Both the position numbers and the translations under genes were made by a program. Below, piece by piece: positions 43,190 through 52,323 of a stretch of 64,000 nucleotides of DNA. A model generated the notes under the pieces. The model did no database searches. It saw nothing but the letters and a program-made list of their open reading frames with translations, and was not told the origin of the DNA. Origin of the DNA: an uncultured Eubacteriales bacterium (lineage in GTDB: Bacteria; Bacillota; Clostridia; Christensenellales; DTU072); the NCBI GenBank assembly GCA_949292905.1, contig CASFAV010000010.1, forward strand, positions 5,074 to 69,073, written 5' to 3'. Positions within the stretch are counted from its first letter, which is position 1. Each line of letters starts with the position of its first letter.

Positions 43190-45820
43190 CTACTCGGTTG
43201 CGCCGCCGGCGCCGGAAGTGAGCCTGTCGTAAAGAGCCTGATCGTTCGGGACGGGATCTCCGGGCTTGATATCGGGTTCTCTGCCGTTGGAATAGTCGCT
43301 CGAAATGAACAACGCGGGATGCGTGAAAGTGATGCCCGGCAATTTAAGGAAGAGATTCACCACGCTTTCGACGCCCGCCATGCTTCCGATAGGATCGCCG
43401 TTCTCGTCGCGGAAATTCAGCACGAGCTTCTGCATTTTCGCTTCCTCCGAGATCGTGAAAGCGTTTTCGTCGACATAACACGTCAATCCCATAACGAACA
43501 TGCAGGGCGAAGCGTATTCCTTGCCGTTATAGCTATAGAACAACGAATCGTTCTGCGGCTGATTGATGACGCTGTCCGCTATTTCCGAAAGCATATCCGT
43601 GACCAGATCGCGCGCGTCGCCGCCGAGGTATCTCTCGCTTACGAGAGTGAGGAACGCCGCGCTGAACGCGCTCTTGAGATTATCGCGTTCCACCCAGTTA
43701 TAAGTATCCATGAAGCCTTCGACGACGACCTCCGGGGTAAGCACCTGATTGATATTGCTCTCGTTGATTGCGCGAGGTATGAACTGTATCGAAGGACCGG
43801 TGGTGTTCTTGAAAACGTTGTTACGGAAAGTGACCTTGCACTGAGTGGCATAGAAAGGCTGACCGTTTATCCAGTCCTCGATATTCTCGTATCCGAGCTC
43901 GAAAGAACAGTTATAGTTATCGCCCAGGATACAGCCTTCGACTATTAGATTATGCAAGCCGTGCGCCTGGATCCCTCTCGCGGTATTGTAAATCTGGCAG
44001 TATCTGAAGGTGACGGGCGTTTGAATGTCGCGCAACTGCACCATACACGCGGTGCTTTCCGCTTCCTCCAAAGAAGGCGCGCCCGTTATGGACAGATCTT
44101 CGAAAAGCAACTCGCCTCCTATGGGCGCGTAACCGCTTGCCTGGAATATGAACTGAACGTCCTGACCTGCGGCAAGCACGTACGAGGAGTAATCGAAAAC
44201 GAAGCCGTTGCCGTAAATACTCGCGGAAAGCCCGATATTGAGTCTGGTGTCGTTATAGAATACGTCGGACTGCATAACTATCTGCTTGTCGCGCATATCG
44301 GCTACGGTGCGCATCTGTTCCCAGTTATAAACGTTGACGGCGTCCTCGTCTATGACGTTGAAAGTGAAGCTGCGTCTCACGTTCGCTATCGGGCGCTTAT
44401 TGACCACGAGAGTCGCCGTGACGGTCACGGATTGCCCGCGCGAAGCTTCGAGGAAGGTAATGTCGACGGACTGCGTGCCGTCGCCCGTAGGCGTGAGAGT
44501 AACGAGTTCCTCGCCGTTTTCGCCCGTCGAAACGGTCCAGGCTATATCGAAAGCGTTACGGTCGTTAAGTATCCCGAAAGTAAACGTAGAAGTGAGCGCG
44601 CCGTTCTCGTCGAACCAGTAATTGCCCCACTTGCGCGTCATCTGGATACCGAGCTTCGCGTCCGCGCTCTGCATCTCCAGTTCGAATGCGACGGGACGTT
44701 CGCGAACGGTTATCTCTTTTTGCTTATACTCGCCGTTGAACGTGACCGTGAGCGTCACGACGCCCGCTTTGACGGGTATCAGCTCGCCGTAAGAGCTTAC
44801 CGTCATTATCGAGTTGTCGCTGCTTGCGTAAGTAACGCCCGACTCGATGTCCTCTCCGCTCACGAGATATCCGATCGTGGTGTAATACGGTCCGTTCGCG
44901 GTATATATCGTTTCGAGATTGTCCGTGAAACCCCAGTCGGATTCGTCGCATTGCACGACTTTGACTTCGGCAGTCACCTGCTCGTCCTCCACTACGCTCG
45001 TCAACAGATACGTGTCGTTGCCTATGTATTCCACGTCGGTCTCGTCGGGAGCCACCGCGACGTTGGTCTTTATCCAATCCAACGTGATCGAAGTGACGTC
45101 CGCCACGTACACGACGTCCGCATTGGCGACCGCGCCGTTCGTGTTTATCGTGACGTCCGCGTGATGGATGTTGCCGTCTTTGTCTTTGGCGGTCACCCTT
45201 ATTTCGCCGTATCCGCGCGAAACGGGCGTTACGGTACCGTTTTTGCTCACTACCGCCACGTCTTCGAAAGTGCTCGACCATACGGCGTCGTTGTTGCTCA
45301 GCGCGTCTATGGGATAGATATCGTAGTATAGACGTTCTTTACCGGTTATATTGTATATCCCTTCGATCGTGGCGCCTTCGCCGTTATAAAGCGTTATGCG
45401 CTCTATCGTATCCGCCGTGACCTGCACGGTGACCGTGGCGTATACGTTGATATTCGCCTTGGCGCGGATTATAAGCTTCGTAACGCCCATTTTCTTGGGC
45501 AACAGACGGTATCTGTTGGTACTGCCTTCGACTTTCTCCAGCTCCACCACGCCGTCGCCGGCTTCTTCGTCGCGCTCGTAGGTGATCTCCTTGCTCGGAG
45601 TCATGTTCGGCAGGATATTCACGATTATGAATTCCTCGGTATCCCGTATGTCCACCTTGACTATGTCGTCTCTGTCCAAGATGTTGTTGGACGAATCGCG
45701 CAATTCCATTCCCGTAGGATTTACGGGCGTGGTCATTACGATTATCGTGCTCGTCACGCTCAAAGCGAGTACTACCACGATAGGGATCACAAATATTATC
45801 GCTATAAGAAATTTCTTCAT
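43190..45820 (-). CDS. membrane-anchored surface protein: Ig-like (Big_2-type) domains plus C-terminal right-handed beta-helix-like region (paralogue B)
   Basis: 876 aa. The N-terminal TM anchor is FLIAIIFVIPIVVVLALSVTSTIIVM. Big_2-like segments include AVWSSTFEDVAVVSKNGTVTPVSRGYGEIRVTAKDKDGN and VTYASSDNSIMTVSSYGELIPVKAGVVTLTVTF. The C-terminal part has IYGNGFVFD and RNNVFKNTTGPSIQF, which are beta-helix-like. It is paralogous to 45849..48644 throughout. Confidence 0.8.
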   Translation of the reverse strand: MKKFLIAIIFVIPIVVVLALSVTSTIIVMTTPVNPTGMELRDSSNNILDRDDIVKVDIRDTEEFIIVNILPNMTPSKEITYERDEEAGDGVVELEKVEGSTNRYRLLPKKMGVTKLIIRAKANINVYATVTVQVTADTIERITLYNGEGATIEGIYNITGKERLYYDIYPIDALSNNDAVWSSTFEDVAVVSKNGTVTPVSRGYGEIRVTAKDKDGNIHHADVTINTNGAVANADVVYVADVTSITLDWIKTNVAVAPDETDVEYIGNDTYLLTSVVEDEQVTAEVKVVQCDESDWGFTDNLETIYTANGPYYTTIGYLVSGEDIESGVTYASSDNSIMTVSSYGELIPVKAGVVTLTVTFNGEYKQKEITVRERPVAFELEMQSADAKLGIQMTRKWGNYWFDENGALTSTFTFGILNDRNAFDIAWTVSTGENGEELVTLTPTGDGTQSVDITFLEASRGQSVTVTATLVVNKRPIANVRRSFTFNVIDEDAVNVYNWEQMRTVADMRDKQIVMQSDVFYNDTRLNIGLSASIYGNGFVFDYSSYVLAAGQDVQFIFQASGYAPIGGELLFEDLSITGAPSLEEAESTACMVQLRDIQTPVTFRYCQIYNTARGIQAHGLHNLIVEGCILGDNYNCSFELGYENIEDWINGQPFYATQCKVTFRNNVFKNTTGPSIQFIPRAINESNINQVLTPEVVVEGFMDTYNWVERDNLKSAFSAAFLTLVSERYLGGDARDLVTDMLSEIADSVINQPQNDSLFYSYNGKEYASPCMFVMGLTCYVDENAFTISEEAKMQKLVLNFRDENGDPIGSMAGVESVVNLFLKLPGITFTHPALFISSDYSNGREPDIKPGDPVPNDQALYDRLTSGAGGATE

Positions 45821-45848
45821 ATTTACCTTTCATGCGGGTTAGCGGATC

Positions 45849-48644
45849 TTATTCCGCCTGTCCCGTCAGTTTTGCGTATAACTCCTTACTGTTGGGTACC
45901 GGATCTCCCGGCTTTATCTCGGGCTCGCCGCGCGAAAAATCGTTGGCGATGAGATAGGAAGGCTTGGATATCGAAGATATCTTCGGGTATATTTTCCTCA
46001 CCGCAAACTCTATGCTCTGCAACGCGCCTATGGTATTGCCCTGCGCGTCGCGGAAAGGCAGAACAAGCGCGTTGACGTCGTCGGACTTTATCGTCACGGT
46101 CGCCGGATCCCACGTGAGCGGAGCTCCCAAGCCCATTATGCCGAGCGCGGTATACTCCTTCCCGCCGTAAGAATAGAACAGCGAATCGAGGTTTTCGTGT
46201 TGCACGACTTCGTCTATCATGTTCGCGAACGTGTCGCGGAACAAATCGATCAGCCCCTGCCCCGCGCCGTCGCTCTCGTTGGCGGCAAGCTCAACAAGGT
46301 ATTTGAGAATGAATATCGAAAGCATATCGCTGAATTCTTCTCTTGTTTTCCAGTTGTAGATGTCGCAGGTGCCTTCTATGGTAAGGTTGGGCGCGCAGTT
46401 CATGTCGAAAGACTCTTTATACGCGGGCGATGCGAAAACCACTGCGGGCGCTCCGTGCATTTTGAATACGTTATTGCGTAAAGTAACGTTGGAGCCGTCC
46501 TCGAATTTACGGTGCTCGACTCCGTAATAGTATGCGAAAATGCCGTGGCGCACGTTGTCGCCGAATATACAGCCTTCGATCAGAAGGTCGCTTATATAAC
46601 CCAGTTCTACTCCTTTATCGGCATTGTAGACTTGGAGGTATTTGAGATTTACGGGCGGATCCCGCGGGATGTCTTTCTTACCGGGTTCGTTCTCTCCCCA
46701 GAGCATTTCGACGTACAAAACGGCGTTTCTGCCATCGGCCTCGTCGAGCGTAGCAGCGCACCTCATCGAAATATCCACGTAATCGAGAGTAAATTGAGTA
46801 TACGGTATGCCGGCTGCGGCGTTGGCGGCGAACACTTCGGCGTGCGACTCGTTGAAAGCCCGGATCTCTTGCCAGACCTGTTCGTAATTGAAACGCAACA
46901 ATCCGCCCTGGAAACCGAGCTGTCTGCGCACCTCTTCGGATTCGGGCACGCCCGAACCGTCGTAAAGGAAGCCGTTGCCGTAAATGCCTCCGCGTATATT
47001 GTCGACGACGTGTTCCGCGTAAATATTCTGTTGCATGACCACGTCGTAGCAGGAGAAGCGTTCTCCGCCGCCCCACTTGGCGTCTTTGGACAACACCATC
47101 GCCAACTGCGCGAAATCGTATACGTTCACGCTCTCTTTCTTGGGATTGATATTGAAAGTGAAGCTGCGCTTTACGGAATTTATCGCGCGGTTGTCCACCA
47201 TAAGTACCGCGGTGACGGTGACGCTCTTGCCTATCGCGCTTTCGAGGAAAGTAAGCGTAATGCCCTGAGTGCCGTCGTTGCGGCGGACGAACGTGGCGAG
47301 TTCTTCGCCGTCGGCGCCCGCGGAAACGCTCCAGGCGACGTCGAAGGCGTTGACGTCTCCGGCGATGCCGAAATCGTACGAAGAAGTGAGTTCGCCCGAC
47401 TCCGTCAGCCAGTAATAGCCCCACACGCGCGTCATCTGAATACCCAGACGCGCGTCGGCGGACTGAATGTCCAGATTGAACGTAGCCGGTCTTTCGCGTA
47501 CAGTAAAGGATACCTGTTTGAAAGAATCGCCGTAGGACACTCTCAGAAGCGCCTGACCGGGCTTCAGAGGCGTGATCACGCCGTTCTCGGTCACGGACGC
47601 GATGTCGGGAGTTTCGCTCGTATATACGGGTTTAAGCGCTTCCTCGCCCCGTTCGCCGTCGTCCTTACCGGATTCGTCGTCGTCCGCTTCGGGCGCTTCG
47701 ATTATTTCGGTGACGAGATGAGAAGGACCGTTGCCGGTGTAAAGCACTTCCGGCGGATTAAGGACCACTATTTCGCCCGCGACGCAACTTACCGCGGTAA
47801 CCTCCGCGGAAGCTCCGTTATCCGTGCGCCTGAGCAGATATCTCCCTTCGTCAAGATATTCGACTTCGGTGACCTCGGGATTGACCGCCGCATTGTCGCG
47901 TATCCACGAAACGGTGATCTCCTCGGCGGTGTAGACCGTAGACGATCTCGCCACCGCGCCCGAAGTATCCACTACTATCATGGCGCTGTGCGTTTCTCCC
48001 GCCTTATCGCGTACCACGGCTTCTATGCCCGCTTTGCCTTCGCTGACGGGGGTAACGTTGCCGTTGGCGTCCACCTTGGCGATTTTGGAGTCGGAAGAAC
48101 GCCATATCACTCCGCTCGCGTTCATGGCGTCAACGGGATAGACGTCCATAAAAAATCTTTCCTGTCCCGCGAGCGTATATTCGTCTGCAATCGGTTCGCC
48201 CGACGAATTGTATATCGCGGCGGTCTCCACGGAATCCGAAGTGATCTGTACCGTCAGTACGCAATATACGTTGACGTTGGCTTTGGCGCGCACGATTATC
48301 TGGGTAAGTCCCGGGGTCATCGGTCGGAGCGAATAACGGTTATTGCTTCCTTCGACCTTGACGAGCTCTACCCGCCCCTGACCGTAATCGTCCTCACGTT
48401 CGTAGGTGATGCTCTTGTCGGGAGTCATCGACGGATAAATGTCGACGATAATGAATTCGTCACCGTCGCTTATATCCACTTTGACGATGTCGTCGTCAGC
48501 GATTATTTCGTTGTTTGAGTTGCGTATCTGCATTCCGGACGGGTTGACCGGAGTCGCCATGAGGATTATATCGCTCGTAACGCTCAACGCCAGCACCACC
48601 ACTATCGGGATTATGCATATAACGCCTATCAAAAATTTCTTCAT
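45849..48644 (-). CDS. membrane-anchored surface protein: Ig-like (Big_2-type) domains plus C-terminal beta-helix-like region (paralogue A)
   Basis: 931 aa. The N-terminal about 90 aa are nearly superimposable on paralogue B (MKKFLIGVICIIPIVVVLALSVTSDIILMATPVNPSGMQIRNSNNE...). A Big_2-like segment reads VIWRSSDSKIAKVDANGNVTPVSEGKAGIEAVVRDKAGE. It has an extra acidic insert, EAPEADDDESGKDDGERGEE. Confidence 0.8.
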   Translation of the reverse strand: MKKFLIGVICIIPIVVVLALSVTSDIILMATPVNPSGMQIRNSNNEIIADDDIVKVDISDGDEFIIVDIYPSMTPDKSITYEREDDYGQGRVELVKVEGSNNRYSLRPMTPGLTQIIVRAKANVNVYCVLTVQITSDSVETAAIYNSSGEPIADEYTLAGQERFFMDVYPVDAMNASGVIWRSSDSKIAKVDANGNVTPVSEGKAGIEAVVRDKAGETHSAMIVVDTSGAVARSSTVYTAEEITVSWIRDNAAVNPEVTEVEYLDEGRYLLRRTDNGASAEVTAVSCVAGEIVVLNPPEVLYTGNGPSHLVTEIIEAPEADDDESGKDDGERGEEALKPVYTSETPDIASVTENGVITPLKPGQALLRVSYGDSFKQVSFTVRERPATFNLDIQSADARLGIQMTRVWGYYWLTESGELTSSYDFGIAGDVNAFDVAWSVSAGADGEELATFVRRNDGTQGITLTFLESAIGKSVTVTAVLMVDNRAINSVKRSFTFNINPKKESVNVYDFAQLAMVLSKDAKWGGGERFSCYDVVMQQNIYAEHVVDNIRGGIYGNGFLYDGSGVPESEEVRRQLGFQGGLLRFNYEQVWQEIRAFNESHAEVFAANAAAGIPYTQFTLDYVDISMRCAATLDEADGRNAVLYVEMLWGENEPGKKDIPRDPPVNLKYLQVYNADKGVELGYISDLLIEGCIFGDNVRHGIFAYYYGVEHRKFEDGSNVTLRNNVFKMHGAPAVVFASPAYKESFDMNCAPNLTIEGTCDIYNWKTREEFSDMLSIFILKYLVELAANESDGAGQGLIDLFRDTFANMIDEVVQHENLDSLFYSYGGKEYTALGIMGLGAPLTWDPATVTIKSDDVNALVLPFRDAQGNTIGALQSIEFAVRKIYPKISSISKPSYLIANDFSRGEPEIKPGDPVPNSKELYAKLTGQAE

Positions 48645-48723
48645 CGTGATCGTTGTCCTATTGTTTTCACAATTTTTTAATTTTACCCCTTTCTCCGGTA
48701 TCCCTTACGTTACGTTAAGGATA

Positions 48724-50376
48724 CTATTTTGCAATCTTGTTGTAAGCGTATTTCAACCTGAACAGATAGCCGACGATCGACGACACGAGAAGGACCGCGG
48801 CTATACCGGAGCACACGTAGAACATTACTTCCGAGGTGAATTCCACGATATAACCGTTCTCGAGAACGAACGACAGCTTGATGTCCGCAAGGTAGGAAAG
48901 GAGCATGCAGAGTATGCCCTCGGTGAGCGCGACCAGGAAACCCGCCGCGACCGAAAGAGTGGTACTAGCATTGTTGTTGACGACCTCGCCTTCGCCCGAC
49001 AGGTTGAAGTAAGGTCTGTTGATGTCCATTCTCATGGAAATGAGAGTGAGCGCGATCGAACAGCTTTCCGCCACCGCGAACAGCCACAGCGAAGTATTGA
49101 AATCGAACTGTTTGGTCGAGAACAATACTATCGCGCACACGCCGTTGGCGAGCGCGGACACTATGACGTACATAAGGAATTTGGCGGCGAGCTGGGTATG
49201 CACGGAAACGGGGGCGACCTTGGTGTGATAGAAGTTATCGCCCTCTCTGCTCGTTGAAGTCGCCGCGAAGGAAGTGATGACCGTCGCGAAAATGAGCATA
49301 ACGAGCAAAGACATGCCGAGCGCTATCTGTTCGCCTATCTGATTCTGTCCGAGCTGAATGGTGATGTTGTTGCAGAAATACACCATTACCGGCATCGCGC
49401 ATGCGAGCACGAAATATTGGAAAGAATAGTTTACCGAACGGAAGACCTGCAGGAATTCCTTATGCAGCAGCGTGACGAATATGGGTCTGCGCCTGTTGCG
49501 GGTAACGTGACGGAAGGCACTGCCTTCGACCTCGACGTTGTTGAGGAGCGTCTTGGGGTAGAGCTTCACTATGACGAGAATGGTCCCGATGAGGGTGAGT
49601 CCGGTGAGCATGATGAGCACGGGATACGCGATATACAGCTCCTCCCCTACCATTATGTCCGCAAAATATTTCATCGGTATGAGATATTTGCACACCTTGC
49701 CTATGCCCTCGACGATGGCGTCGTCGAAAACGGAGAACTCTTTGTCGTTCATGAAGGTCACCATGCTGTTGAACAACACCATATATACCGCGAAAAGCAC
49801 GGTCACCAACACCGCGAGCCCTATGATTATCAATGCGAACTTGTTGCGTATTTTATTGGTAAGCTGCATGATCGGTATCGCGAGTATGTTGCTGAGGAAG
49901 AACGTGATCAACACGAGGAACACTATCGGCACCGGTATCGTAGCGTAGAAAGCGACGCCCAGTCCGCTGACCTTAGCGTACGCGACGAGGAAGGGAGCCA
50001 CTATCACGGCGGTCACGAGCACCTGGTTGATGAAAAGGAACAAAGTCTTGCTTATGAAGACTTCTTCGCCCGAAACGGGATAGCGCATGAGTATCTCGTT
50101 GTCGCCTTTATAATAGAGGACCTTGATGTTGCTGCTCACGCCCGCCACGCACATGAAAATGAACACCGCGGAAACGAGCATCACGAGAGCTTCGTAAATG
50201 ATACCCGCCTTGTCGAACATTTCGAAGAAAAGCTCCGCCACGCGGTACACGCCGTATACGACCGCGGCGAGCAAAAGTAACGTGGTGAACAGTTTGAAAT
50301 AAGATTTGACGCTGTTCAGCGAGTAATTGGAAAATTTGTTTTTGATTTCCAGTTTTAAAAGAGTTTTGATATTCAT
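48724..50376 (-). CDS. multi-pass ABC exporter permease (ABC-2-like)
   Basis: 550 aa with at least 10 hydrophobic segments. It starts 15 nt after the ABC ATPase gene. Confidence 0.7.
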   Translation of the reverse strand: MNIKTLLKLEIKNKFSNYSLNSVKSYFKLFTTLLLLAAVVYGVYRVAELFFEMFDKAGIIYEALVMLVSAVFIFMCVAGVSSNIKVLYYKGDNEILMRYPVSGEEVFISKTLFLFINQVLVTAVIVAPFLVAYAKVSGLGVAFYATIPVPIVFLVLITFFLSNILAIPIMQLTNKIRNKFALIIIGLAVLVTVLFAVYMVLFNSMVTFMNDKEFSVFDDAIVEGIGKVCKYLIPMKYFADIMVGEELYIAYPVLIMLTGLTLIGTILVIVKLYPKTLLNNVEVEGSAFRHVTRNRRRPIFVTLLHKEFLQVFRSVNYSFQYFVLACAMPVMVYFCNNITIQLGQNQIGEQIALGMSLLVMLIFATVITSFAATSTSREGDNFYHTKVAPVSVHTQLAAKFLMYVIVSALANGVCAIVLFSTKQFDFNTSLWLFAVAESCSIALTLISMRMDINRPYFNLSGEGEVVNNNASTTLSVAAGFLVALTEGILCMLLSYLADIKLSFVLENGYIVEFTSEVMFYVCSGIAAVLLVSSIVGYLFRLKYAYNKIAK

Positions 50377-50391
50377 ATCGGTTTACCTTGA

Positions 50392-51147
50392 TCAGTTTCT
50401 GCGCAGCAGGGTCAATTCGTTGATGTGATCCTGTTCGGTAGCCGTGATCTCGCAGAAAGTTTTTTCGAGAGTTTCTTTATTCCCTTTGATATGCAGATCG
50501 ATGACGTCTTGAAGTTTACCGTCCTTGATGATGGCGGCGCGGTCGCATATCTTCGCGACGAGATCGAGGTTGTGGCTGGAGAAGAACACCGTGTTGCCTT
50601 CGGCGCAATGGTCGTCCATCCTCTTGAGTATCTCCACCATCGACTGATGATCGAGTCCCATCATCGGTTCGTCGAGCACCCACAGTTTCGGGTTATGGAT
50701 GAGCGCCGCGATGATGCATATCTTCTGTTTCATGCCGTGAGAATATGATTTGATCTGATTGTCGACGGCTTTGGTGAGCTTGAACTGGCTGACGTAACGA
50801 TCGAATCTTTCGTCGCGGTCGCGCTTGCTCACTTTGTAGAGATCGGCGGTGTAGTTGACGTACTCCCTGCCGGTAAGCTTCTCGTAAACCGAGTGGTTGT
50901 CGGGCACGTATCCCATATTGAGCTTGGCGTTGATCGGATCTTTCGCGATATCGTAGCCGCAGATCGTTATCTTGCCGGAATTGAAAGGATATATGCCGGT
51001 AAGGCACTTGATCGTCGTGGATTTACCTGCGCCGTTCTGACCGAGGAATCCGAAAATTTCGCCGGGACGCAACGACAGATTGAGGTCTTCGACCGAAAAT
51101 CTTTCGGAATTCATATATTTTTTATAAAGATGACTGATTTCGAGCAT
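50392..51147 (-). CDS. ABC transporter ATP-binding protein
   Basis: It has Walker A (GQNGAGKSTT), the signature YSHGMKQKICIIAALI and Walker B (LWVLDEPMMGLD). I prefer the start at M6 (51147), with AAGGAG 7 nt upstream; the track ORF starts at 51162. Confidence 0.9.
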   Translation of the reverse strand: MLEISHLYKKYMNSERFSVEDLNLSLRPGEIFGFLGQNGAGKSTTIKCLTGIYPFNSGKITICGYDIAKDPINAKLNMGYVPDNHSVYEKLTGREYVNYTADLYKVSKRDRDERFDRYVSQFKLTKAVDNQIKSYSHGMKQKICIIAALIHNPKLWVLDEPMMGLDHQSMVEILKRMDDHCAEGNTVFFSSHNLDLVAKICDRAAIIKDGKLQDVIDLHIKGNKETLEKTFCEITATEQDHINELTLLRRN

Positions 51148-51215
51148 TATTTTCTCCTTCATATTGCGCGTGCATGCCTATACGCGCGCGCGTGCGTTTA
51201 TATATTGATACAAAG

Positions 51216-51244
51216 AGTTTATCACAGAGCTATTTCTATGTCAA
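51216..51244 (-). promoter_or_regulatory. sigma-70-type promoter of the ABC/Ig-like operon
   Basis: The minus strand reads TTGACA-17 nt-(TGa)TAAACT, an extended -10, about 65 nt upstream of the start. Confidence 0.6.
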
Positions 51245-51328
51245 CCGATTTGAACTTACAATTTAAGGCACGAGCTCTCGAAACGCCTTTTTCGGCGTCC
51301 CTAAAAGGCTTGATGAAGAAAAATTGCG

Positions 51329-51357
51329 TTGCAATCGGCGCCGATATGTGTTAAAAT
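51329..51357 (+). promoter_or_regulatory. sigma-70-type promoter of nagB with a palindrome in the spacer
   Basis: TTGCAA-17 nt-TAAAAT. The spacer contains the perfect 12-bp palindrome atcggcgccgat (51334..51345). Confidence 0.55.
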
Positions 51358-51396
51358 ACGTAACACACGAATAAATTTATTTTCAGGAGAACGATC

Positions 51397-52125
51397 ATGA
51401 TAGTTATTCAGACAAGCAGTTACGAAGAACTGAGTCGTAAAGCCTACGAGCTGATGCGCCCCGTGCTCATCGAAAAGCCCGACGCGGTACTCGGACTCGC
51501 CACCGGTTCCAGCCCTATCGGACTATATAAAGAAATGATCGCCGACTATAAAGCAGGCAACGTGAGCTATAAAAAAATGATATCGATAAATCTCGACGAA
51601 TACGCCGATCTGCCCGTGGAGCATCCCGAGAGTTACCGCAGCTTCATGAACCGCAATCTTTTCGACCATATAGATATAGATAAAGCGAACACCCACGTTC
51701 CCGACGGACTCGCCGCCGACAAGGAAGCCGCCTGCAACGAATACACCGCGTTTGCCGCAGCGCATCCCATCGACGTACAGATACTCGGTATCGGCGCGAA
51801 CGGACACATCGGCTTCAACGAACCCGGTACCTCCTTCGACGCGCACACCCACCTCGTGGAGCTCAAAGAAGGCACCCGTCGCGACAACGCACGCTTCTTC
51901 GACAACGATATCGACAAAGTACCCACTCACGCGGTGACGCTGGGACTAGCGGACATCATGCAGGCGAAAATGATCATACTCATCGCCAACGGAACCGCGA
52001 AGGCGGAAGCCGTGAGACGCATGATACAGGGTCCCGTGGACACCGCCTGCCCCGCCAGCGTGCTCCAGACTCACCCCTGCGTGTACGTCGTCGTAGACGA
52101 AGCGGCAGGATACTACGTCAAATAA
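51397..52125 (+). CDS. nagB: glucosamine-6-phosphate deaminase
   Basis: 242 aa. It carries VLGLATGSSP, INLDEY and LGIGANGHIGFNEPGTSF. Confidence 0.9.
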   Translation: MIVIQTSSYEELSRKAYELMRPVLIEKPDAVLGLATGSSPIGLYKEMIADYKAGNVSYKKMISINLDEYADLPVEHPESYRSFMNRNLFDHIDIDKANTHVPDGLAADKEAACNEYTAFAAAHPIDVQILGIGANGHIGFNEPGTSFDAHTHLVELKEGTRRDNARFFDNDIDKVPTHAVTLGLADIMQAKMIILIANGTAKAEAVRRMIQGPVDTACPASVLQTHPCVYVVVDEAAGYYVK

Positions 52126-52188
52126 TCGGCGTATATTTTGTATCCGAAGATACCGAATAGCTACAGAATCTTAAATCGACAACGTTCC

Positions 52189-52219
52189 GGAACGGCTCCT
52201 CGCGGGAGCCGTTCCTTTT
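52189..52219 (+). terminator. rho-independent terminator of nagB
   Basis: ggaacggctcc-tcgcg-ggagccgttcc followed by tttt. Confidence 0.75.
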
Positions 52220-52258
52220 GCGCCGCAAGGAGCGAGCGGAGCCTTATCGGGGCATGAA

Positions 52259-52282
52259 AAAGCCGCCTTGAAAGGCGGCTTT
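52259..52282 (-). terminator. rho-independent terminator after rpsI
   Basis: The minus strand reads aagccgcc-tttcaa-ggcggctt followed by ttt, about 40 nt after the rpsI stop. Confidence 0.65.
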
Positions 52283-52323
52283 TCCGTTCGGATAATATAA
52301 TAAGAATAATAGGAATATCTTGA

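Noticed and set aside
43952-48518. Long plus-strand ORFs (43952..45331, 459 aa; 46512..48518, 668 aa) opposite the two Ig-like/beta-helix genes.
   Set aside because: These are antisense shadows of well-supported genes. Their sequences are repetitive and R/V/G/H-rich, with no signal or domain features.
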